Of a stretch of 64,000 nucleotides of DNA, positions 8,752-18,456 are shown one piece after another. This stretch comes from a virus (Duplodnaviria > Heunggongvirae > Uroviricota > Caudoviricetes), in the IMG/VR virus record IMGVR_UViG_3300045988_149282, positions 1 to 64,000 of that record; one strand, given 5' to 3'. The position numbers and the translations under genes were made by a program. Under the pieces are notes generated by a model that saw only the letters and a list, made by a program, of their open reading frames with translations, made no database searches and was not told the DNA's origin. The first letter of the stretch is position 1. Each line of letters opens with the position of its first letter.

Positions 8752-9413
8752 GCAAATACATCATCAACGTATCGTTTCAGACACGCGTAAATAAAACCAC
8801 GCGCACGTTGGAAATCGCTGAGTCGTTCGGGCTTGGCCTGGACGAAAAAGAGTGGACGCTTTACGACAATCTGGAGCTGGAAGTGAAGCAGGGCGATGTG
8901 GTGTACATCACCGGCCAATCCGGTTCCGGCAAATCCGTTGTGCTGCGCGAGTTGCAACGACAGCTGAAGGATGAAGGGCTGTCTGTAGCCTCCATCGATG
9001 ATTTTACCTTCGATAATGAGGTTAACGTCATCGATCAGTTGGGCAAAACGACCAGCGATGCGCTTGGGTTGTTATCTATGGCTGGTCTGAACGATGCATA
9101 TCTGTTTGTTCGCAAGCCTTCTGAAATGTCAGACGGTCAGAAATATCGTCTCAAGATTGCCAAACTGATTGAGTCAGGCGCTAAAGTGTGGGCTGCTGAC
9201 GAGTTCGGTGCTGTTTTAGACCGTGTAACCGCTCAGGTTGTGGCATCTAACCTCCAGCGTGCCGCTCGAAAGGTTGGTGCGACGGTAATGGTGGCGACGA
9301 CTCACGAAGACCTGAAGAACGCGCTGCGCCCGGATATGCAGATCACCAAGCACTACAAAGAACGCGTGAAGGTGGAATATCACAATGGTAGTCATGATGA
9401 GGTCCATTCATGA
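8748..9413 (+). CDS. small ABC-type ATPase (P-loop NTPase)
   Basis: Walker A (GQSGSGKS), ABC-signature-like SDGQKYR, Walker B (VWAADEFGAVLD), H-loop-like TTHEDL; start overlaps upstream stop (ATGA). Confidence 0.65.
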   Translation: MSKYIINVSFQTRVNKTTRTLEIAESFGLGLDEKEWTLYDNLELEVKQGDVVYITGQSGSGKSVVLRELQRQLKDEGLSVASIDDFTFDNEVNVIDQLGKTTSDALGLLSMAGLNDAYLFVRKPSEMSDGQKYRLKIAKLIESGAKVWAADEFGAVLDRVTAQVVASNLQRAARKVGATVMVATTHEDLKNALRPDMQITKHYKERVKVEYHNGSHDEVHS

Positions 9414-10300
9414 CGGACATCATCATTAAACGCTACCGCCCTGAAGAGTTTCCGCGTCATCTGGACTTTCTGGAGCGAATGACTGTTACAAAGGGAACTG
9501 TAGAGGACTGGCACGCTCTTAAGTCGCTTCACTACAAAACAGACGGCAAACCTTTCGCGCCAACTTACTATCGCTGCGAACTTGATGACCGTCTGGTGGG
9601 CGTCGTGGTTATGGCTTACCCGAAACTACTGTTGGCACCTCGCCACCGCATGTTTCCTAAGTTGAAACCAACCACTAATACCACCGTGGCTAACCAGTAC
9701 TGGGGTCGGTACGTGAATAACAACTTTGCGGTGATCAGTCGCTCAGTTGTGGATACTCAGTATCGTGGCGTAGGCGTCTCTTATCGAATGATTAACCTGG
9801 TTAGCAGGATGCATGACCGGCCAATCATTGAGATCCAGTCATCGATGAGCAAATACAATCCCTTCGCCATGAAAGCAGGGTTCAAGTTCATCCGCCCTGA
9901 GCGACCGAAGAGCTATGAAAGTGCACTGCGTGTGTTCCAGCGCCATTTCCGTTCCGACCCGGGTGATAACGAGGCGATCGTCAAAGAGTTGTTCGCAATG
10001 AGCGAGTCTCGTCGTCGCCGTGCACTGCGTGATCTGGTGGCGGACTACCACAAGAACAGTTCCCTGGCAAAAGCTGGGCGGAATCGTGGCACGACGATTC
10101 AGGACATTGCCGACAGTCTGGTGGACGAGGCCAGCATTGTGAAGCTGCTCAAGGACATTCACAACCTGAGCTTTACGTCTCCGTTGTATGGTGTGTACCG
10201 AAACCCTGACTTTGGTCGTCGACTGCCTGACACGCTGCCACTGCTGGCATTCGACAAACAACCTTTGGATAAACCGTTAGAAATTGCTTTACCGGCATAA
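9410..10300 (+). CDS. hypothetical protein, possible GNAT-like acetyltransferase fold
   Basis: Translationally coupled (ATGA) to the ATPase; weak GNAT motif-A-like segment (QYRGVGVSYRMINLV). The fold assignment is tentative. Confidence 0.4.
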   Translation: MTDIIIKRYRPEEFPRHLDFLERMTVTKGTVEDWHALKSLHYKTDGKPFAPTYYRCELDDRLVGVVVMAYPKLLLAPRHRMFPKLKPTTNTTVANQYWGRYVNNNFAVISRSVVDTQYRGVGVSYRMINLVSRMHDRPIIEIQSSMSKYNPFAMKAGFKFIRPERPKSYESALRVFQRHFRSDPGDNEAIVKELFAMSESRRRRALRDLVADYHKNSSLAKAGRNRGTTIQDIADSLVDEASIVKLLKDIHNLSFTSPLYGVYRNPDFGRRLPDTLPLLAFDKQPLDKPLEIALPA

Positions 10301-10309
10301 GGATTTGCC

Positions 10310-10576
10310 ATGACGTTAACCGATAAACAAAAGGACATCATCAAAACGCTCAATCTCGGTTATGAGCGAGGTCATTTACTTGATCTGGACGAATTGCTTG
10401 AAGTTTTGCCGTACAAGACAACCAAGCAAAGTATCCAGTTCTCAATTCGCGCTCTGATAAAAAAGGGGCTGGTGGAGAAAGGGCATACGCGCCAACGCAG
10501 TGACAATCGCTATCACCGCCGAACTCTTGGGTTAACTACTTTAGGTCGAGCCAAAGCGAAGTTACTGGTGATGTAA
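10310..10576 (+). CDS. small basic protein, possible winged-helix DNA-binding protein (88 aa)
   Basis: ORF with AAGGA RBS; basic C-terminus; followed by the 55-bp palindrome at 10601-10655. Confidence 0.4.
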   Translation: MTLTDKQKDIIKTLNLGYERGHLLDLDELLEVLPYKTTKQSIQFSIRALIKKGLVEKGHTRQRSDNRYHRRTLGLTTLGRAKAKLLVM

Positions 10577-10600
10577 TCGGTCTGGGAGCTTATTTAAAGA

Positions 10601-10655
10601 CCTGCTTCTGTATATATAAATAATAAGTAACTTATTAAATATATACGGAAGCAGG
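10601..10655. repeat. 55-bp palindromic element, copy 1 (exact duplicate of 47001..47055)
   Basis: CCTGCTTCTGTATATATAAATAATAAGTAACTTATTAAATATATACGGAAGCAGG; near-perfect inverted repeat (one G-T position) centred on AATAAGTAACTTATT. Confidence 0.8.
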
Positions 10656-10690
10656 CTTCGTAAGACATGCCAGACCTAGTTAAACGCCCC

Positions 10691-10733
10691 AGAAAACAAG
10701 TTGGTTAGCAGAAGCAGTAAACAAGTTGTTTTA
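10691..10733 (+). promoter_or_regulatory. two copies of the conserved palindromic motif AGAAAACAAGTTGTT (candidate operator/promoter element)
   Basis: AGAAAACAAGTTGGTT (10691-10706) and TAAACAAGTTGTTTTA (10718-10733), ~40 nt upstream of the 10772 start; the same motif recurs at 1037-1052, 1087-1100, 1603-1616, 44991-45006, 47921-47936 and (degenerate) ~60528-60545. Confidence 0.5.
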
Positions 10734-10771
10734 GAGCGCATGGACGCGCTCTGTGTGTTTTAGAGGGATCT

Positions 10772-11404
10772 ATGACGGTCGAAAAAGACGAGGTAAAAAC
10801 TCGCCTGACACCAGCGGAGTGGGCCGAAGCTGAAGCCAAATGGACGTCAGGCGAATATACACTCTCAAAGCTGGAGGAAGAGTACGGCATTCGTCGTGAA
10901 ACACTCTCCAGACATTTCAAAAAGCGAGGATTAGAGAAAGGCGCGGACTCTGTTGGGAAGATGGTTCGTGAGTCTCTTAAATCTGACGCAGAGCTTCGCG
11001 CTAAAGCCCGTGCGGAAAAGATAGAAGAACGTCGTACACGTTATGACGGCTGGGCGTATGCGTTGGGGCAGATGGTGATGGTCGAAGTCACTACGGCCAA
11101 ACGTGAGAGTAAGCCTTTAGGGGCGATTGAGGATTCTCTCAAGAGCTTACAGAGAGCCAGTAATACCCTTGCAAAATGCTTTGAAGTTTCGTCCAAAGCA
11201 TTGGGCATGGATCATGCGGAAAATGACGAGGAAGAAATTCCGAACCTGGTATTTGGTGAGCTTACGCCTTCCCAGGTGGCGAAATTACGTCAGGAAGACG
11301 ACGAGCCTGAAATCATCGATGACGAATTGCTTGAGACGTTGGAAGAAGAAGCTCTAAGCGAATTTGATGCGACAGATGATGGAAGTGAAGGGGAGGACGA
11401 ATAA
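10772..11404 (+). CDS. terminase small subunit (candidate)
   Basis: Immediately upstream of and abutting the large terminase gene; HTH-like N-terminus and acidic C-terminal tail; positional inference. Confidence 0.55.
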   Translation: MTVEKDEVKTRLTPAEWAEAEAKWTSGEYTLSKLEEEYGIRRETLSRHFKKRGLEKGADSVGKMVRESLKSDAELRAKARAEKIEERRTRYDGWAYALGQMVMVEVTTAKRESKPLGAIEDSLKSLQRASNTLAKCFEVSSKALGMDHAENDEEEIPNLVFGELTPSQVAKLRQEDDEPEIIDDELLETLEEEALSEFDATDDGSEGEDE

Positions 11405-12660
11405 TGGCAATCCCGTCCTCGCTCAGTCTTGTGCAACTGCATTCTGGACAGATGAAAGTCTTCCAGTCTCCGCATCGATTTAAAGTTGTTTGTGCTGGTC
11501 GACGCTGGGGAAAATCCCGGTTGTCGATCTCCACTATTATTCGTGCGGCGGCAAAGGAAAAAAAGCAAAGGGTCTGGTATGTCGCTCCTACTTACCAGAT
11601 GGCTCGCCAGATTTTGTGGGACGATCTACAGGAAGTTCTGCCTCGTAAGTGGGTTAGGAAAAAGAACGACACCACGATGACAATCGTGTTGAAGAACGGT
11701 TCGGAGATCGCCCTCAAAGGTGCTGATAAGCCTGACACTCTGCGCGGCGTAGCGTTGCATTTTGTAGTGCTTGATGAATTTCAGGATATGAAGGCTGACA
11801 CCTGGTACAAGGTGTTACGACCTACTCTTTCATCGACACGCGGCGGTGCACTGATCATTGGTACGCCAAAAGGCTTCTCGGAATTTCACAAACTGTGGAC
11901 TATAGGCCAGAACGTAGAGCTGCAAAGAAAGGGACAGTGGAAGAGCTGGCAGTTTGTAACTGCCGATTCTCCGTTTGTGCCTACGGCGGAAATTGAAGCT
12001 GCTAAGAACGATATGGACCCCAAATCGTTCGCTCAGGAGTACCTGGCCAGCTTTGAGAACATGTCCGGGCGCGTTTACTACCCGTTCGATCGTAACGTGC
12101 ATGTAAAACCGCTTCAGTTCAACCCTCGGTTGCCTATATGGGTAGGGCAGGACTTCAACATTGACCCGATGTCTTCAGTAATTTTGCAACCTCAGCCAAA
12201 TGGTGAGCTATGGGCAATTGATGAATTGGTGCTCTTTTCCTCTAACACGGCAGAAGTTTGTGATGAGCTTGAGAGACGCTTCTGGCGCTGGAAATCACAG
12301 GTAACGGTATTTCCAGATCCGGCAGGTGCTTATCGCCAACATGCTCGTGGGGAGTCTGACGTAGACATATTCAAAGAGAAGGGATTCTTACGTGTCGATT
12401 ATTCGAAAAAGCACCCGCCAATTGCGGATCGTGTTAATGCTGTTAACCGAATGCTGATGTCCGCATCTGGAGATATCCGGCTGTATATCGATCCGAAGTG
12501 CAAGCATTTGATTGATTCACTGGAAAAAGTCATCTACAAGCCTGGAACACGAGATATGGATAAGACAGGTGGCATTGAGCATAGTGCAGACGCATTGGGC
12601 TATCCAGTACATCGTAGGTATCCAGTCAAAAACCGTGTTATTCTTGGTGGTTCTCGATAG
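11404..12660 (+). CDS. terminase large subunit
   Basis: Walker A-like CAGRRWGKS, Walker B-like VVLDEFQDM, C-terminal nuclease-like region; located before the portal gene. Confidence 0.85.
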   Translation: MAIPSSLSLVQLHSGQMKVFQSPHRFKVVCAGRRWGKSRLSISTIIRAAAKEKKQRVWYVAPTYQMARQILWDDLQEVLPRKWVRKKNDTTMTIVLKNGSEIALKGADKPDTLRGVALHFVVLDEFQDMKADTWYKVLRPTLSSTRGGALIIGTPKGFSEFHKLWTIGQNVELQRKGQWKSWQFVTADSPFVPTAEIEAAKNDMDPKSFAQEYLASFENMSGRVYYPFDRNVHVKPLQFNPRLPIWVGQDFNIDPMSSVILQPQPNGELWAIDELVLFSSNTAEVCDELERRFWRWKSQVTVFPDPAGAYRQHARGESDVDIFKEKGFLRVDYSKKHPPIADRVNAVNRMLMSASGDIRLYIDPKCKHLIDSLEKVIYKPGTRDMDKTGGIEHSADALGYPVHRRYPVKNRVILGGSR

Positions 12661-12686
12661 GTAAGTAGTTATCTAAGGTTATTCAA

Positions 12687-14261
12687 ATGGAATTGAACGA
12701 CAAACAAATTAAGGATCTGGTGGCGCGACGCCACCCGGAATACGAAAAGAAAAAAGAACATTGGGACTTCCTCGCCAGCACTTACGCTGGCGGGCGTGGT
12801 TGGTTTACAGACAATATCTTTCGTTACTTTAAAGAGGGAGATCAGGAGTTTAAGGAGCGAGTTGAACGTGCTTATCGCTTCAACCACACTCGTGAGGTGG
12901 TAAACCTCATCAACAAATATCTCTTTAAAGAAGACATTCATAGAAATATCGAAGAGGCACCAGAGCAGATCCGCAATTTCTGGAAACGTGCGACTCGCCA
13001 GAATGCCTCTATTGACTCATTTATGGCCGCTATTGATTTGCAGTCGTCTATTTACGGTCGCATATGGGTTGTTGTCGATAGCACGATGAGTGGTGATGTT
13101 GAGTCAGTAGCTGACGAGAAAAAGAAAGATGCTCGCGCCTACGCCTACTGGATTTCACCTCAGCAAATGCTGGATGTGGCATGGGACGACGACGGGAATA
13201 TGTTGTGGGCGTTAATTGTGGAAGTCGCTCGTGATGACGCAGATCCTTTTACTTCTACAGGTCAGGAATACCAACGTTATCGTCTGTGGACACAAAACGA
13301 GTGGTATCTGTTCCGTGAGGAAGTGAAGAAGGGCGCTGGTGGAGCAGGTCGCCGTCAGGCAAAAGTTATTTTAGAGGATAGCGGTGAGCATAATCTCGGC
13401 GTAGTTCCTGTGTTTCCTGTTGATTGTATTGGAGAAAGTGAATCACCGTATTTCAGCCCATCGTTGATCGATGATATCGCTTATCTTGATCGTGCGGTTG
13501 CAAACTATCTGTCAAACCTTGATGCCATTATTCAGGATCAGACATTTAGCCAGTTGGCTATACCGGTACAGTCGCTTTTACCTGGTGATGAAAACCACAC
13601 TAAAGTGCTTGAAATGGGCACAAAGCGAGTCTTCACCTACGATTCTGAAGGTGGAAACCAGCCGTTTTATCTGTCACCAGACCCGAAACAAGCTCAGATG
13701 ATCATCACTACGATTAAGACGGTGATTAACGAAATCTACCATTCAGTTGGTGTAGCTGGTGAGCGAACGAAGCAGGACAACGCACAGGGAATCGATAATT
13801 CATCTGGTGCCGCAAAAATGTATGACTTCCAGCGTGTAAATAGCTTGCTTGTCACAAAAGCAGAGCGTCTGGAAAGGGCTGAACGCCAAATCATGCTACT
13901 GGTTGCGAAATGGATGGGGGTAGATCTGGACGAAGACCACTCTTTAATTGCGTATCCAGAAAGTTTCGATATTCGTGGCCTTACTGATGAATTTTCTGTT
14001 GCCGAGAAACTGTCATTACTTCAGGCACCGGACTCTGTACGTCGTCACCAGATGGAAATGCTTATTGAGAAGATTTTCCCGAACATTACTGAGGCGATGA
14101 AAAAGGAATTTGATAAAGATCTCTTGAATTTTCCTCCAAAAAATGATCTAAATACCCTTGAAAATAAGTCAGTACTTACTTATGATCGTGGTGCAGCCCA
14201 AGAAAGCGGGCAAGATCAACCCCGAGGGAATGGGGACTCATCTACTCAAGAGAACGAGTGA
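12687..14261 (+). CDS. portal protein
   Basis: 524-aa ORF directly after the terminase with an acidic C-terminus; canonical position and size. Confidence 0.75.
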   Translation: MELNDKQIKDLVARRHPEYEKKKEHWDFLASTYAGGRGWFTDNIFRYFKEGDQEFKERVERAYRFNHTREVVNLINKYLFKEDIHRNIEEAPEQIRNFWKRATRQNASIDSFMAAIDLQSSIYGRIWVVVDSTMSGDVESVADEKKKDARAYAYWISPQQMLDVAWDDDGNMLWALIVEVARDDADPFTSTGQEYQRYRLWTQNEWYLFREEVKKGAGGAGRRQAKVILEDSGEHNLGVVPVFPVDCIGESESPYFSPSLIDDIAYLDRAVANYLSNLDAIIQDQTFSQLAIPVQSLLPGDENHTKVLEMGTKRVFTYDSEGGNQPFYLSPDPKQAQMIITTIKTVINEIYHSVGVAGERTKQDNAQGIDNSSGAAKMYDFQRVNSLLVTKAERLERAERQIMLLVAKWMGVDLDEDHSLIAYPESFDIRGLTDEFSVAEKLSLLQAPDSVRRHQMEMLIEKIFPNITEAMKKEFDKDLLNFPPKNDLNTLENKSVLTYDRGAAQESGQDQPRGNGDSSTQENE

Positions 14262-14282
14262 TAAGTAACAAAAGGAATTTTT

Positions 14283-15170
14283 ATGAATCTGTGGCAAATG
14301 CTTTTGGCCCGTCGTGGTCTGATGGATGTCGCTGAAGCGCATGAGCGTGGAGGCGCTGGCGGTGTAGCTGCTGATAATGAGCAGAGCACACAAGATCCTG
14401 ACAAACAGGGTGAACAAAAAGAGCAGCCGAAGGGCGATGACGAATACGCTGGCATGACTCAGGAAGAGTTACTGGCCGAACTTCGTAAAACCAAGAAAGC
14501 TGGTGCTGAACTGCTGAAGGAGAACATGAAGCGCAAAGAGAAAGAGCGCACATTGGCCGATCAGCTTGCTCAGTACGGTGATATCGACCCGGCGCGTGCT
14601 CGCCAGCTTTTAGAAGCTGAACAGGCCGCAGAAAATGCACGTCGTGAGGCGGAGCAAGCTGAACTGGAGCGTCGTGGTGAGTTCGATGCTGTTAAAAAAC
14701 AGATGATCGAAGCACACCAGGCAGAGCTGGCACAGCGTGACGAACGTTATACAGCACTGGAAAGTGAAAACGCATCACTGAAATCTCAATTAGTCGAGAT
14801 GACCGTGGGCGCTTCCTTCAGTAACTCTCTCTTCCTACGTGACAAAGTTCTGATGACCCCGGCAAAAGCCCGCGTGATCTACGGTTCTCATTTTGAAGTG
14901 GGTGAAGACGGTAGCGTAGTGGGTTATGACAAACCGGCAGGTCATAAAGAACGAGCTGTTCTGGTTGACGGTGAAGGTAAGCCGTTGCCGTTTGAATCCG
15001 CGATTGAACGCATTGTGCGGGCAGATCCGGAAGCTGACGCATTGATGCGTAGCGAAGCCAAGCAGGGTGTAGGCTCACATTCCAAATCGACCTACACAAT
15101 ATCCCAACCGAAGAACAAGTCGACTATGGATAAGTTAGCCTCCGGTCTGGGGAAAATTGGACTTAAGTAA
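14283..15170 (+). CDS. scaffolding protein (candidate)
   Basis: Highly charged, A/E/Q/R-rich predicted coiled coil between portal and capsid genes. Confidence 0.6.
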   Translation: MNLWQMLLARRGLMDVAEAHERGGAGGVAADNEQSTQDPDKQGEQKEQPKGDDEYAGMTQEELLAELRKTKKAGAELLKENMKRKEKERTLADQLAQYGDIDPARARQLLEAEQAAENARREAEQAELERRGEFDAVKKQMIEAHQAELAQRDERYTALESENASLKSQLVEMTVGASFSNSLFLRDKVLMTPAKARVIYGSHFEVGEDGSVVGYDKPAGHKERAVLVDGEGKPLPFESAIERIVRADPEADALMRSEAKQGVGSHSKSTYTISQPKNKSTMDKLASGLGKIGLK

Positions 15171-15195
15171 CATCTAAATCAAAGGGAATTGATAG

Positions 15196-16071
15196 ATGCC
15201 ATTACTGCGTGAAGAAGCTGAAAAGCTGTCTAACAACGAACTCGAACAGGGTGTGATCGAAACCATCATTGATCGCGATGACCTGTTTGCCATCCTGCCT
15301 TTTATGAAAATTAATTCAAAGGCATATCTGTACAACCGTGAAAAAACGCTGAGCGAAGCTACTTTCATTGATGTGAACGACACCATCACCGAAGGTGCAG
15401 CAACCTTCGAAGAGAAAGTTGCGAAGCTGCGCATTCTGGCTGGCGACGTTGACGTCGACAAATTCCTGGCTACCACTATGGCTGATACCAACAACCAGCT
15501 GGCTATCCAGGTTCGTCAGAAAGTCAAAGGTCTGGCTCGTGCCTTCCGTCGCAATCTGATTGTTGGCGACTCCACCACTAACAACAAAGCCTTCGACGGT
15601 ATTCCGAAGCTGATGCATGACGATCAGAAGATCGACATCTCCGGCGCATCCATGACTTTCTCTATGTTCGACGAACTGGTCGACGCAGTTAAAGATCTGG
15701 GCGCAGACTGCATCATGATGCGTTCTGAGCATCTTCGCGCATATCGTGCGCTGCTGCGAACTGTAAACGTAGGCCCGTCCGAAATCATGATGGAAAACTT
15801 CGGTCGACCAATGCTGTGCCATAACGGCGTTCCGTTTATCGTAAACGACTTCATTCCGACCGATGCTGGCAAAGCAAGCATCTACTGCCTGCATCTGTCA
15901 GAAGAGAACGGCGTTACTGGTCTGTATGGCGGCGACAACGCAGGTATCGTTGTTGAAAACATTGGTACTGTACAGAACAAAGACGCAGTACGTACCCGTG
16001 TGAAGTGGTACTGCTCTCTGGCGAATAAGCACGATAAGGCTATCGCTGCACTGACCAATGTAAAAATTTAA
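15196..16071 (+). CDS. major capsid protein (candidate, HK97-fold expected)
   Basis: Position after the scaffold gene; strong AAGGGAA RBS; followed by a strong hairpin plus T-run terminator (16105-16131), typical of highly expressed capsid genes. Confidence 0.65.
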   Translation: MPLLREEAEKLSNNELEQGVIETIIDRDDLFAILPFMKINSKAYLYNREKTLSEATFIDVNDTITEGAATFEEKVAKLRILAGDVDVDKFLATTMADTNNQLAIQVRQKVKGLARAFRRNLIVGDSTTNNKAFDGIPKLMHDDQKIDISGASMTFSMFDELVDAVKDLGADCIMMRSEHLRAYRALLRTVNVGPSEIMMENFGRPMLCHNGVPFIVNDFIPTDAGKASIYCLHLSEENGVTGLYGGDNAGIVVENIGTVQNKDAVRTRVKWYCSLANKHDKAIAALTNVKI

Positions 16072-16104
16072 TCAGTGTTGTAGATAAGTAATTATCTATG
16101 TTTA

Positions 16105-16131
16105 AGGGTGGGCTATACGCCCACCCTTTTT
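16105..16131 (+). terminator. Rho-independent terminator after the major capsid gene
   Basis: GGGTGGGC-TATAC-GCCCACCC hairpin followed by TTTTTG. Confidence 0.65.
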
Positions 16132-16144
16132 GTAGGAGCAAGAA

Positions 16145-17065
16145 ATGCCAGAACAAAAGATGAAGATTACGGAAGAGGCATTTTCGGATTTTACGGGGCA
16201 TATGTGCCGCGCCGGATTTACCAATTCTATCTCCGATGAACCTTTAACCGAGCGGCAACAAAGTCAGCTATCTGCTTGTTTGCAGGCGGTTCCCTTCTCC
16301 CAATCCGTAAACATAACTCCGGCTTCACCATCAGTTTTGGTTGGGAAAACTGTTCAACTTAGTGCAGATATTAGTATGGGTAAGAGTGCCAGTTCATTTA
16401 CCTGGAAGTCAGCCAATGATCAAATTGCAACCGTTAACGGCACTGGATTAGTAACTGGCGTAGCCCCAGGCAAAGTAAAAATTACTGCAACTGATCAGGA
16501 AACCCAGCTTTCCGCTTCAGTGGAAGTCACCGTAAATCCGGTAGCCGTTCAATCCGTAACGGTAACGCCAGAATCAACGTCTGTTGAGAAAGGGAAATCA
16601 GTCAGTCTGAAAGCGAATGTTCAGCCGTCAAATGCGACGAATAAGGCTGTTACCTGGTCTTCCAAAAATGAAGATAAGGCAACGGTAGACCAGAGCGGGA
16701 ACGTAACTGGTGTAGAAGTTGGCACTGCGACGATTGAGATCGTTTCCCAAGATGGTAGCAAAAAGGCAACTGCAACGGTGGAAGTAACTGCGCCTGTTGT
16801 GGCTGTTACAGGCGTCGAAATCGCCCCAAATAGCACAACCGTTGAGGCAAACAAAACTGTTCAGCTGACCGCAAATGTCGAGCCGGCAGGAGCCACAAAT
16901 AAAACCGTTACTTGGGAATCCAAAAATACCGAGTTTGCAACGGTGGACAGCGAAACCGGTGTTGTAACTGGTGTTGCGGCTGGCACTGCCACAATCGAGG
17001 TTACTACCCAAGATGGTAGCCACAAAGCGACAGCGACCGTAGAGGTCACTGCCGCACAGGAATAA
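16145..17065 (+). CDS. capsid decoration-type protein with three tandem bacterial Ig-like (Big_2) domains
   Basis: Three ~85-aa repeats of the Big_2 pattern (VTVTP...V.L.A.V.P..ATNK.VTW.S.N...ATVD..G.VTGV..GTATI). Confidence 0.7.
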   Translation: MPEQKMKITEEAFSDFTGHMCRAGFTNSISDEPLTERQQSQLSACLQAVPFSQSVNITPASPSVLVGKTVQLSADISMGKSASSFTWKSANDQIATVNGTGLVTGVAPGKVKITATDQETQLSASVEVTVNPVAVQSVTVTPESTSVEKGKSVSLKANVQPSNATNKAVTWSSKNEDKATVDQSGNVTGVEVGTATIEIVSQDGSKKATATVEVTAPVVAVTGVEIAPNSTTVEANKTVQLTANVEPAGATNKTVTWESKNTEFATVDSETGVVTGVAAGTATIEVTTQDGSHKATATVEVTAAQE

Positions 17066-17109
17066 CCGACATTGGGCGGCGAAAGCCGCCCAAGAGGAGA
17101 GAAAGCGTT

Positions 17110-17544
17110 ATGAAACCAGCAAAAATTGTTTTATTAGAACCGCAATTTTCCGGTTATTCGGGAATGCTGTGCGGCGTTCAGTTCGAGAACGGGGTGTCCG
17201 TAGCGGAGTTGCCTTTTATCGATCAGCAAAGGATTTGTGCCTCAATGCGAGCATCAACAGTCGAGGGCAAAAATGTTTCTCCGTCTGCCGCATACAGTGA
17301 TCGTGGCGAGTTGACCGCAGACCTGATTACCGAGCCAGCAGCACCTGGCATTGTGCCAATGAAACGTGGGACACCAGATGAACCGGCCAAACAGATCCAG
17401 ACTTTCACACGAGAAGAGTTGGAGTCAATTGCAGACAATGAAGGCATTGCCGGTCTACGTGTGATTGGTAATCAGGTTGGTGTCAAAGCGAAAGGAATTG
17501 TCGAGATGATTGAAGGCATCCTGAAAGCACAAGGCGGTGAGTAA
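17110..17544 (+). CDS. virion morphogenesis protein (head module, function unassigned)
   Basis: ORF in the head/connector gene block with RBS GAGGAGAG. Confidence 0.5.
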   Translation: MKPAKIVLLEPQFSGYSGMLCGVQFENGVSVAELPFIDQQRICASMRASTVEGKNVSPSAAYSDRGELTADLITEPAAPGIVPMKRGTPDEPAKQIQTFTREELESIADNEGIAGLRVIGNQVGVKAKGIVEMIEGILKAQGGE

Positions 17545-18377
17545 TGGCGCAGATCGACTCGTATCGTAGCGGTGAAGCTGTTTCCCTTTCATTTGCCTTC
17601 AACGTGCTGGATATCGAATCTGCTACCTACACAGTAAAGGACAGCACCGGGGCTATTCTCGTTGATGGCGAGCCGCTAGAAATTACCAGCGGTCAAATGT
17701 CGATTCCGGTTGTCGTGTCGGCTGAATATAACCAGCTCTCTGAGAAAGAGCGAGATCTGCGGTACGTCATTGTGAAGGCTGTTGCATCGGGTCTGACGCA
17801 TGAAGAGCGGCAAATGTATGTTCTGCTGAATAGTTTTGAACTGTCGATACCAGAACAGTCGTTTGCAACTGTCGCTGATGCTCAAATGCAGGCGATCGAT
17901 ATGCTGAATGGGGACACTTTGCTGTCGGATGGTGAAGGCTTAATGCGCAAGCGTCTCATTGAGGCTACCAGACGAATTAAAACTTTACCGTTCTCAATCC
18001 GCAAAATTCTACGTATCGACTTTGACCGATACGATCGCCCTCAAAATATGCTGAATGTGTATGACATTCCGTGGGGAGCAGATGGAGCGTACCGGCATGA
18101 TTTAGTCGATTGGGAAAAGATGACGCAGGAGAAGTTTGAAGAGTTCCCTGACTACTTCAAAGAAGCGTTGATGCTTGCCGTTGTCAACGAAGCGTGTGAG
18201 ATCGCAAATGGCAATGATGTAGCCGCAGCACGAGAGGATGGCATTTTGTCAGAGTCCATCGGTGAAACAACCAACATGTACCGTACCGGTAAAGCTGCAA
18301 ACGTGCATGTGGCTCGCAGTACCTGGCGCTTGCTGGTCAGTTACATCAACAACCGTATGATTGTTCGCCGTGCGTAA
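17544..18377 (+). CDS. virion morphogenesis protein (head-tail joining region, function unassigned)
   Basis: Start overlaps the upstream stop (TAATG); inside the structural block. Confidence 0.5.
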   Translation: MAQIDSYRSGEAVSLSFAFNVLDIESATYTVKDSTGAILVDGEPLEITSGQMSIPVVVSAEYNQLSEKERDLRYVIVKAVASGLTHEERQMYVLLNSFELSIPEQSFATVADAQMQAIDMLNGDTLLSDGEGLMRKRLIEATRRIKTLPFSIRKILRIDFDRYDRPQNMLNVYDIPWGADGAYRHDLVDWEKMTQEKFEEFPDYFKEALMLAVVNEACEIANGNDVAAAREDGILSESIGETTNMYRTGKAANVHVARSTWRLLVSYINNRMIVRRA

Positions 18378-18456
18378 CGCCAGTCGCATTATTTACTTTT
18401 GGTCGAAAGGGTTTTTGGCCAGTAATGAGAGCGACCGACAACAACAGGGAGAGAGC

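Noticed and set aside
8379-8957. 192-aa minus-strand ORF overlapping the ParB-like and ATPase genes
   Set aside because: Low-complexity Ser/Thr/Arg-rich translation typical of antisense reading of an acidic coding region; no start signals.
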